A DNA stretch of 55,079 nt, taken from the NCBI GenBank assembly GCA_963575745.1, contig CAUYUJ010000186.1, positions 62,001 to 117,079 of the forward strand, written 5' to 3'. Under the pieces are notes generated by a model. The model worked only from the letters and a program-made list of their open reading frames with translations. It searched no databases and was not told the origin of the DNA. This document shows positions 24,440 to 33,708 of the stretch, piece by piece. Source of the DNA: Prorocentrum cordatum (Eukaryota). A program made the translations under genes and the position numbers. The number at the start of each line of letters is the position of its first letter. Positions within the stretch are counted from its first letter, which is position 1.

Positions 24440-25680
24440 GCCTGCCTCCGCCACTTGGTGAGCTGCGGCGACGGCCAGCCCACCGCGCTCAGGCCGTATT
24501 TGGTTGCAGGCCTGAGCCCCCTGTTGGCCACACGCGCTGCTGATGGTGTCTCCTGGGAGCGGATGGCGCGCAGCCTCTGCAGCTGCGCTGCCGCCTTGGT
24601 GTGGCGCGCCTCGAGCACCACGAAGGCCTGGCCGTCAAGTCAATAGTCCACTCGCAGGTTCTTGACCGAGTCGGCGATGAGAAAGGCGGCACCCCCCATC
24701 TGCTTGGCCACCGGTGAAGCCAGCTCAGGCGAGCTCGCAAGCAACTCGCTCTTCGACTCCGACACCTTGCAGCCCAGCGCCACGAGCTGCGCCGCCGCGG
24801 CCTTGGTCGCCTGGGCAACGTGCGCTGCGACCTGTGCCATGCGGCCGTGGCACCCAACGCAGTAGTCGTCGAACATGATGGCTAGGGTGGCCCGAGGCTC
24901 CAGCACCCGCCATAGGCGCGCGTGCTTTCATCGGCCAACATCAGCAGGCCGCACTCGAGGAGCCGCCCTTGCGTGCGAGCAACCAGCGAGGAGGCCCGCG
25001 TCGAGCAGGCATGGGTCGGAGACGCTGCCGTCTAGCATGAAGCGCCGCGCGCCCGCAGACAAGGTCAGCGCCATGCCCAGCAGCCCCGTCGGGTAGCCCG
25101 CCATGGTGCTGCGGTCCTGGATGATCGCCAGGTCTACCAGCTCGTAGGCTGTCGATGAGTGATGCTGCAGCTACCTCGCCTCGTGCTTGCGATGCCTCGG
25201 CTCGGAGCGCTTGCCACCAGACGGCCTCTTCGGCCGCGCGCCCGCGGCCGCCCCAGAATGCGCCTGCTACGCCTGGGTCGATCTGGGAGCCCCAGTGCCG
25301 CGCGTCTGGCTGACGGACGCGACTCCAAAGGCGCGGCAGCCAGCCCAGCAGGCTTATGGGCCGAAAGCACCCTTGAGGCTTGGGCGGCATCACCACGAGA
25401 GGTTGGGTGATGACGTCGGGCCAGCCGCCCAGCTCCTCGCACCGCATCCCGAAATCGGTGATGACCTCCAAGAGGGCGTCGCTGAGGTCCGCTGCCTTTC
25501 TGGGGGTTAGGCGATCGCTGCCAACGCCAGTGCTGTGCCTGAGCGCCTTGGCGGCCTGACGCACCCGATCGGCCGAGGGCCTGGCCAGAGCCTCCGCCTC
25601 GGTAGGCGGTCGCCATGGGCGGAAGCGAGCACTGCCCTGTTGGACCCGCCAGACCTCGGAGGTCCACTGTTGCGCCACGA
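24440..25680 (-). pseudogene. LINE-A reverse transcriptase
   Basis: TGVGSD, GWP, PKPQGCFRPISLL, SLID, AIMFDD, CKVSESKS, VKNLRVD; frameshifted. Confidence 0.85.
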
Positions 25681-27411
25681 CCTTCGCCCGGTCGGGGCCG
25701 CGCGCTGGAGCGCCGCGCAGTTCGTCGTCGGGTGCCCAGCCGCGCGGCCCCCGCCTTTAGGCGTGGAGGCCCCCAGCGCCTGCTGCCATGGATGTGCGGA
25801 TCCACTCCTCGGACCCCTTGCAGCGAATGGCGGCAAAAGCGGCGCGCTCCGCCTCGGCCGCGGCCCTGGCCTCGGCAGCCCATTCGGCCAGGGGCAGCAG
25901 GTCGGGGCAATCGGCCGCCAGGGCTACGCGCGCGGCCCACTGCGCCCCCAGCGGGAGGCCCTCCCTCCATGGTCGGGGGCTTCGGGGATGCCGCACCTGC
26001 GCGCACAGCTCTGCCGTCCGCGCTGCCGCCGCCGCTGCTGCCGTCGCAGCCGCCGTCGCTGGAATCCGACGGAAGGTCCCCGTGATACCGCATGGGATGC
26101 TTGACGGACTGAATGTAGCTGTAGTGCTCGTCGTCCGCTACTGCCCACGCGTCGGGGCGGCTGGGCTCTAGGGCGATCATGCCGCGGTGGTACTCGTCCC
26201 TCGCAGGCTGCGCGACAGACGGGCTCTCCTCGCGCAACTCCACGGCCCTGTTCCAGCGTGCGGCCGCTCGGTCCGTGAACGGCTGAGCCGTGCAGGTGCC
26301 GTTCTCGCCCTCGCTGCCAGCGCTGCCGCTGCCTGTGGCTGCCGCTGTCGAAGCCGATGTTGCATGCCCCGCGCTGGGGGCTGCTGGGTGCCCTCCACCT
26401 GCTGCCGCCAGTGTGGCGAAGGATCCTGGAGGGTGCTGGATAGGGATCGCGCTGGTCCTCTCCGCGGCTGCTGCTCCCAGCGCGACCCCTGCGCCTCCGC
26501 CGCTGGGTGCCCCCGCGGTGTTCGCGTCGGCGGCGCCATGGCCATCGTGCTGGCAGAAGCGTGCAAGTGCGTAGTGCGTGCACAGCTCCATCCACTCGGC
26601 CTCGTCGCGCTCTGGGTCGGGAGCCTGCAAGGTGTGGGAGCCAGCCTCGCGCGATGCCCTGGAGGGCCCCCCGAACTCCTTGCGCGCCAACCTCGATGGC
26701 GCTCCACTCGCCGGGAGCCGCCACTCCCTCAAGAGCGGCGCAGAGGGTGGGGGGCTGCGGCGTCGCCCGAGGGTCGCCACTCAACTTGGGCTGCGGCGTC
26801 GCCCACGGGCATCCACCCCCGTGCGGCCCCCGATCCGTCGGGGGCCTGGTCGAAACATCGAAGGCGAAAGTGGCGCCGAGGGGCCTGCTGTAGTCGCCGC
26901 GCTCCTCTAACCGCCGCTTCGATTCCGCGTGGTCGACGACAGTTCGGCGGCGCGCCCCCCCGCCATCCTCGGGATGTAATTGGCCGAGATGTCGGAGAAT
27001 ACGAACCAGCTCGCGCCTGCCAGGGCCCCCGCGCCGCCGCGCAGAAAAGCAGATCTCTCTCGCGGTGCGCATGCGGTTGTCGAAATCCTGCGCCGGGCCT
27101 GTGGCGACGCGCGTCGGCAAGTCCAGCGTGCGGAAGATGTAGGGCTCGCACTTCTCCATCCACTCGGCCTCGTCGTTGTGGTGGTTGGGGTTGCTAGGGT
27201 TTGAAGCCGAGCTGCGCGCTCGGCGCCCCGACGCGCGCTTGCAGCGCTTGATTGCCCTGGCCTGCATGCGCTCAGCCTCGCGGCGCTCGGGGCCCAGCTC
27301 AAGGCGCCCCTCAAACGCGGGCCCCCCGTCGTCGGCCTCGGCGCCGCCTGTGAGAGACCTCCCCCGTGTGAAGTCGTCGCTCAGGTGCATGAGCCCCCCC
27401 CCCCCCCCCCC

Positions 27412-28494
27412 TTGAAGCTGTCCTTAGGGCCCTTGATGGGGCGCGCCTTCGCCTGGGAGCCGAAAGCGAACTTCGGCGGACCCCCCCGTCCCCGATCGAA
27501 GTCGGCGTCGTCGGGGTCGGTCTGGTGCGCCCAGACGAGCTCCTCATCTACGCCCTCGCAGAGCCCCTGGTAGGCCTCCTCCATGTCCTGCAAGGCGCCG
27601 CCCATGTCAATCTGCGCCCAAACAGCGCTGTGCTCCCAGTGCATCTCCAGCATGGGCCCGAAAGGGCGGGCCTTGGGGAACGCCATCGGCCCCTTGACCC
27701 TGAACGATTGGCCCATGTCACCGCAGCAAGTGAAGCTGAGCTGCACTGCCATATGTGGGCGGCAAGGGTTGGCGCACCCCTGGGCGGTCATGCCCGGGCG
27801 CTTGCAGGCGAGGACTCGGTCGAACGTATCGGAGCTGACAATGAAGCAGTCTAGCTCCGAGGGCTCCTTGGTCGGGGAATACTGGCAGGTGCCCGCGCCC
27901 GCGTCAACGACGTGGCCGCCGACTTCGCAGAGCCAACGCCCCGCGCGTTGAAGGAAACGCTCGGGCTCCACGTTCCAGTCGCCCGCGGTGACCCACGGCT
28001 TCCCTGTGCGCTTGAGGAGGGGGCCGACCTCCTGCAGCACGGACTGGCCGGTCTCGCCGACGTCGTCGTTGTCCACGAAAACGGAGCCCAGCCGGAACCC
28101 GCCAGGTACCGTTCCATTGACATGGGCTACCGTGGCCCTTCCGTTCAGAGACCTGGCAGCTGGCCTTGCAGCCCTGATCGCCGGGGCCGCACATGCCGCT
28201 GGTGGAGCGCACTGCGACCCCGGTGCCACCGCTCACCGCGCGCTGCTGCGTTGCCCCCACGGAACTCACGCCTGGGGTCAGCACCGCGTTCCAGCCGACC
28301 AGCCTGCACCGCTGCTCCTGCTCGACAACTCGGTAGCCGTTGAGGTGGTGTTCCTGGAAGCAGATCGCGTCTTCCATGCGCGCGTCGGCGACCACCTGCT
28401 GCTGAGGGCCCAACTGCCCGCCGAGGATGGTCGCGAAGGGGCCCCGACCGCTGCCGTTGAGGCTGACCGCCGTGAATATAGGCTTGCTACCCAC
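27412..28494 (-). pseudogene. LINE-A AP-endonuclease domain
   Basis: SLNG, ICFQEHH, GGTGVAV, AGDWN, LDCFIVS, RPH. Confidence 0.85.
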
Positions 28495-28509
28495 GCTTCC
28501 CCCTCCGCT

Positions 28510-29685
28510 TGAGCCCCGCCGAGCGGAGGCTCTGGAGGAGCTTCTGCGCGCGGAGCCCGCGCCTCTGGGCGGCTTGGGCTGCGGGGCCCCCGCGTCGAGC
28601 CCCTTCGTCGCCGCTGCCGGCGCTTGCTGCCGCGCTGCCCTCCTCCGCGGGGACCTCGACCTCTTCCTCCATGCTGTACAAGATGTTGCTGAGGTCGGCC
28701 TCCTCGAGCTTCTCGTCGCCGCTGTCGCGTTATGCTGTTGCGCCCGCTGCCGCGACGCTGCGAGCCAGCCGACGCTGCTGGGAGACTTGCTTCTCCCAGT
28801 GCTGAGCGTAACCTTTGTTGAGCATGCCAGGGGCCTGGTCCAAAGCTTCCAAGAAAGCTGTAGCGCGTTCGCCCTCGCTGAGTGGGGCAGCTGGGGACCC
28901 AGGCGCTGCTGCTATGGCGCCCGACACCACCACTTCTTCTCCGAATTGCTCTCCGCGCTCCCGTTTGTACTTGGCCAAGAGGTTGTCGATGAGCGCCTGG
29001 AGCTCCTTCTCCGCTGCCTTGCTCTGCTCGTGCTTGCCCTCGAACTCGAGCTTCTGCGCCTCGAGGCCCGTGATCCCCCTCGCGGTGTCCTTTATCTCCC
29101 TGTCGAGCGCCTCCGAGCTGCTCCGCTGGTTCCGCTGTTTGCGCTCGATCTCGCTGAGCTGCACGGGCGTGGGCTTCTCCTCGGCGAGCTCGTGCTCCAG
29201 CTGCAGCACCTCCTGCCGCTTGCCCGCCAGTATTTCAGCTGCGCCCTCCACTCCTTCGAGTTGTTTGATGTCGCTCCGCAAGTTCCCGAGTCGCCGTGCC
29301 CTCTCGTCCTTCGGTGCGGCGTGGACTGCTGCTGCGCCTCCATCGCCCCCTGAAGCTGCGCGAGCATTTCCTTCGAGCTTTTTGACCTTGCGCCGCAGCT
29401 GGTTGAGCTCGTTTCGTTCCTTGGCGTCCAAGTGCGACATGCCCCTCCGCCACGAGCTTGCACCCTATCTTTGCTCCCACCAATCAAATCCGCAGCTACG
29501 GCCTACGTGCCTGGAGCCCCAGTTCTTCTTGGCTCCGCACTTGGGACGGTCCCAGGCGTTGGGCTGGCTGCCGCCACCGCTGCTGCCCCCAACTCCGCCT
29601 GGCTGACCTCCTCCGCATCCGCCTCTGCCGCCTTGCTGCCGGCGCCGCGCGCGGCACCCCGCGCACCACCACCGAGTCGTGCCAT
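28510..29685 (-). pseudogene. LINE-A ORF1 (degenerate RanBP2-like Zn finger + coiled coil)
   Basis: WDRPKCGAKKNWGSRHVGRSCG (a W-x-C-xx-C...N...R-xx-C-xx-C pattern with two Cys lost), then a heptad-rich ELNQLRRKVKKLE region. Confidence 0.7.
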
Positions 29686-29870
29686 GCCCGCCGCGGCTGG
29701 GCTCCCAATCGGGCGACTGGGGCCAGGTGTCGGAAAAGGTTATGGAAATGAATGAACAGTGGCCGCAAAGGCCTCGCTGAAAGCTAGGTCGATTTGGAAT
29801 CTGACCCAAGAAGGAACGCGACGGCTAGAGCCAACCACATGAAACCAGACATCTGCGCTGATCGCGCCAT

Positions 29871-29907
29871 CTTGAGCCAAAATGGCTTGAGCCAAAATGG
29901 ATACGGA
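29871..29907 (-). other. Dinoflagellate spliced leader (22 nt, 1 mismatch) plus a 15-nt relict leader
   Basis: Minus strand reads TCCGTATCCATTTTGGCTCAAG (29907-29886) then CCATTTTGGCTCAAG (29885-29871). Canonical leader: DCCGTAGCCATTTTGGCTCAAG. Confidence 0.95.
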
Positions 29908-29930
29908 TGATGATGATGATCATGATACGG

Positions 29931-30443
29931 CTATCCCCTTGCAGCGAGACATCCAACAAGAGACGGCTTTAGTAAACAATCGAGCGGCCGCTCAGGACAG
30001 CCGGAGGGCGCCCACGGGAGCAGCATCCGGGAGCGACGCCGCCAGCAGCAGGTCGGCCAGGCGCGCCGTGAGGGCGCCGGACACCTTGGCCGACACCTGC
30101 CGCGCGAAGTCCGCGCCGAGGCGGCCGATCGGCTCGCCTGGGAGGACCGCGGTGCGCCGCGCTGCGGTGGCGACCTCCGCCACGAAGCGCTGCGCGGCGG
30201 GGCAGAGCCGGCCTTCGGTCTCAACCGCGAAGGCCACGACCGAGTCGCCGTACCTGTCCTTTTTGCGCCGCTCCGCGTCCATGGCCGCATGGCCGACTGC
30301 GCGGACAGCCGGGCCCGATTCCCCAGGCGAGCGAACGGTGACGTCGACCCAGGTCGGCGTGGGCAGACCCGGCCAACTCACAACGAGGTCGAGCCGAGCC
30401 TCGGTGATTTCGCCGCCGGCCTCCCGGTACAGCTCTGGCACGC
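29931..30443 (-). mobile_element. 3' fragment of a CRE-type non-LTR retrotransposon (restriction-like endonuclease)
   Basis: EARLDLVV, WVDVTVR, AERRKKDRY, AFAVETEGRL, followed by a stop and a short 3' UTR. Confidence 0.85.
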
Positions 30444-30499
<56 letters not shown>

Positions 30500-30778
30500 C
30501 ATGATGATGATGATGATGATGGTGATGATGATGCTGGTGATGTAGGTGGTGACGATGATGCTGCTGATGATGATGGTATTGATGATGGTGATGATGTTGT
30601 TGATGTTGGTGATCATGCTGCGACTGATGAAGATGACGATGAATATGATGTTGCTGCTGATGATGGTGATGATGCTGATGTTGGTGGTGATAATGATGAT
30701 GATGATGGTGATGAAGATGAATATCAATATTAACATGAATATGAATATGATGATGCGGGTGATGATGATGATGCTGCT

Positions 30779-30850
<72 letters not shown>
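30444..30850. repeat. (GAT)n compound microsatellite
   Basis: Direct reading. Confidence 0.95.
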
Positions 30851-30863
30851 ACTGATGCCGCAC

Positions 30864-31294
30864 CTGCCGGCGCTGAGGAAGGCCAGGATGAGGTTGACGT
30901 CGGCCGCGGTGGCCTTTGGCATCCCCCGCTGCTGGAAATGCTCCTTGGCCCTCGCGCCCCAGTAGATCTCCGCCCCCGGGCGGTTCCAGTCCTTAGGCCC
31001 ACCGTGGCAGTCCAGGTGGTAGTGCGGGATCGTGGCTGGCCTGGAGCCGTATTGGACAATCTCGATGAAAGCAGGCATCTCCGCGCCCTCCACGTCCTGC
31101 CCGAGCGGGGGGAGCACGAGCGGGCTGTCTGGAAACAGGGCCTTCACGCACTTGTGGGCCCGGAGCGCCTTCGCCTCACGGCTGCGCAGCTGCATCCTGA
31201 TGGTGCCTAGCCGGTGCTCGACCCCTTCACCATCGCTGCCGTCCAGCCAGATGTCGTCAACCGGGGCGGCCACGGGTTCACCTCCTCCTCCCTC
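30864..31294 (-). CDS. Exon A of the ART-fold host gene (EGGGGEPVAAPVDDIW...VNLILAFLSAG)
   Basis: Acceptor cccccgcAG|G, donor AG|GT. 431 nt = 143 codons + 2 nt; complex, stop-free sequence. Confidence 0.8.
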
Positions 31295-31579
31295 CTGCGG
31301 GGGCCCCCGTTTTGGGACCTCGGAGGACCCACTTGCTCGAGACGCCCTCGGACAACGGCCGGCGTCCCGAAACCGTGCGGTCACCCCGAATCCCGACTGA
31401 TCGGGAAACCAAGACTGCCATACACATACACTTTCGGAAGTCCGCGCTGATTTCTTGCATCGGCGCCGGAGGCGTCGCAAGAGGGCTCCAGCGCAGATCC
31501 TGGAAATCTGCGCAGCGCCCTTGGTTCTGGGGCCCTCCGACTCCTGGCGGAAAGCGCCGACTGCACCCGACGGGTGCTC

Positions 31580-31826
31580 GTCGTCGTCGTCCTCCTCCTC
31601 CTCCTCCTCCTGCTCCTCCTCTTCCTCCTCCTGAAGCTCCTCCTCCCTCTCCTCCCCCTCCCCCTCCGCCTCCTCCTCCTCCTCCTTTTCCTCCTTCTCC
31701 TCCTCCTCCTCCTCCTCCTCCTCGTCCTCCTCCCTCTCTCCTCCTCTCCCTCCTTTTTCCTCCTCCTCCTCCTCCTCCTACTCCTCCTCCTCCTCCTCCT
31801 CCTCCTCCTCCTCTTCCTTCTCCTCC
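31580..31826. repeat. (CCT)n microsatellite
   Basis: Direct reading. Confidence 0.95.
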
Positions 31827-31864
31827 GCCGTTTTGGAGCCTTCCGACCCACCCGACGGGCGCTC

Positions 31865-31948
31865 CTCCGCGAGCCTCATCAGGAACGCCCGCTCGTTGAA
31901 AGCCAGGCGACGCCGCCGCGGCAGCAGCTGCAGCAGGCGCTCCACCAC
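31865..31948 (-). CDS. Exon Z of the host gene (VVERLLQLLPRRRRLAFNERAFLMRLAE)
   Basis: Acceptor ttcaaAG|G, donor GAG|GA; 84 nt, phase 0/0. Confidence 0.65.
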
Positions 31949-32748
31949 CTTTGAAGGGCAACGACAGGAGAAGGAGGAGGAGAAGGAGGAGGAGGAGAAG
32001 GAGGAGGCGGAGGAGGAGGCGGAGGAGCACCGGCTCAGGGGGGGACCGAAGTTTCGATGCTCGAGGTTTTCGGACATGTGCGTGGGTTCTCGGCTGCTTT
32101 CCAGCCTCGGGATGCCTCTAGCGGCTGCGCCTAGCCAGGGAGCGTTCCGGGTTTCTCGGATCGCCCCGAAGCGCCACCAGAGGCCTGAACTATCATCCGA
32201 AAACTAACGGTGGACCGGCTCAGGAAGGAAACATCGACCTGGAATCAGCGATGCATTACCGATGGATCGGCGATAAGCCCTCGATAGCAAATCCGCACGT
32301 TCCTGGACAAGGCGGGCTATCGGGTCCCTGTTGGCGAAGAATGGGCGACTGGGGGTCGACGTCCCCCCCCCCCCCCCCCCAGAGCCTATCCCCCCTTGCC
32401 CCTTGGCTTTCGAGTCATAGCTTGGCTCTCTGGCGGCCGCTCGGGACGATCCAGGCACCCCTGGGGGGCGCCTCGCGGCGATGCTCAGCTGCTGGAAGGC
32501 ATCCCGGGGCTGGAACACCGCCGAGAACCGTCGAAAACGCCCGCAAACCTCGAACCCCCCCCCTGAGCCCATCCCCTCCAAACGTCTCCTGCGGCCGTTG
32601 GGAGAGATCCTGGAGTGGGCGACGGGGGGGTCGATGCGTCCCGCCTTGAGCGTGTCCCCCCTCACGTGACCCCAACTCCGTAACCTCCTCCGGACAGGAG
32701 GAGGACAAGAGCGGGACCCCCCCCTCCCCCCCAGCGTTGCCCCCGCGC

Positions 32749-32820
32749 CTCGTCAACGCCACTGGGCTCGGAGCCGGCCCAGCCCCTCCCGCCGTCGAGG
32801 AGCCCACCGCTCCGCCGCGC
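32749..32820 (-). CDS. Exon Y of the host gene (ARRSGGLLDGGRGWAGSEPSGVDE)
   Basis: Acceptor ttccgcAG|G, donor GAG|GC; 72 nt, phase 0/0. Confidence 0.5.
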
Positions 32821-32879
32821 CTGCGGAAGCGGCCCTCTGGCGGCGCGCACCAGCGGGTATATGCGGGAGGGGGGACGTG

Positions 32880-33585
32880 GAAGAGGAGGAGAAGTAGGGG
32901 GAGGAGGAGGAGGAGGAGGAGGAGGAGGAGGAGGAGGAGGAGGAGGAGGAGGAGGAGGAGGAGGAGGAGGAGGAGGAGGAGGAGGAGCAGGAGAGCAGGA
33001 GGAGCAGGAGAAGGAGGAGGAGGAGGAGGAGGAGGAGGAGGAGGAGGAGGAGGAGGGAGGAGCAGGAGGAGCAGGAGGAGCAGGAGAAGGAGGAGGAGGA
33101 GGAAGGAGAGGAGGAGGAGGAGGAGCAGGAGGAGGAAAAGGAGACGGAGGAGGAGGAAGAGGGAGGGCTTCCTAGAAGGAGGCCGCTTGTTAGAAGGTGC
33201 CAGCCCCGCACCTACAATCAGGGCCAGCGCCTTCTAAGAAGCAGGAGTGTTTCTGGAAACTGTTCCCCCTCACCCTACTCAAACATCTGGCCGCTCCAAT
33301 TTGTTCGATGCGTGGGCCCCAGAGATCCGGACCACTTCCGTAAGGCCGGTTTTTCGTCCTGAGTCTTTATCTGACGGTCCCGAGGCCCACCGAAAGCTCC
33401 TGGAGGCCGAAAACGGCCCCCAATCCGCCGCTCGAATGCTTTTGGAACGTCGGATCTCTGGGGAGGAGGAAGAAGAGGAGGAGGAGGAGGAGGAGGAAGA
33501 GGAGGAAGAGGAGGAGGAGCAGGAGGAGGAGGAGGAGGAGGAAGAGGATGACGAGGAGGAGGGGGAGGGAAAGGATGATGATGCA

Positions 33586-33663
<78 letters not shown>

Positions 33664-33708
33664 AATGATGATGATGATGATGATGATGAGGAGGAGGAGG
33701 AGGAGGAG
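32880..33708. repeat. (GGA)n tract 32880-33165 and (GGA)n/(GAT)n tract 33462-33708
   Basis: Direct reading. Confidence 0.9.

Larger units (their letters stand above)
20921..29907 (-). mobile_element. LINE-A: near full-length decayed APE-RT-RNase H non-LTR retrotransposon with a spliced leader at its 5' end
   Basis: ORF1 (Zn finger + coiled coil); APE (SLNG, FQEHHL, GGTGV, AGDWN, ELDCF, PH); RT (PKPQG.FRPISLL, LID, MFDD, KNL.VD); RNase H (STDGS, KAH, GN..AD); Cys/His-rich tail. The 3' end is approximate. Confidence 0.88.

Noticed and set aside
29886..29907. Spliced-leader RNA gene
   Set aside because: The leader is followed by a relict leader and LINE sequence, not by a GT donor and SL intron, so it is a retrocopied mRNA end.
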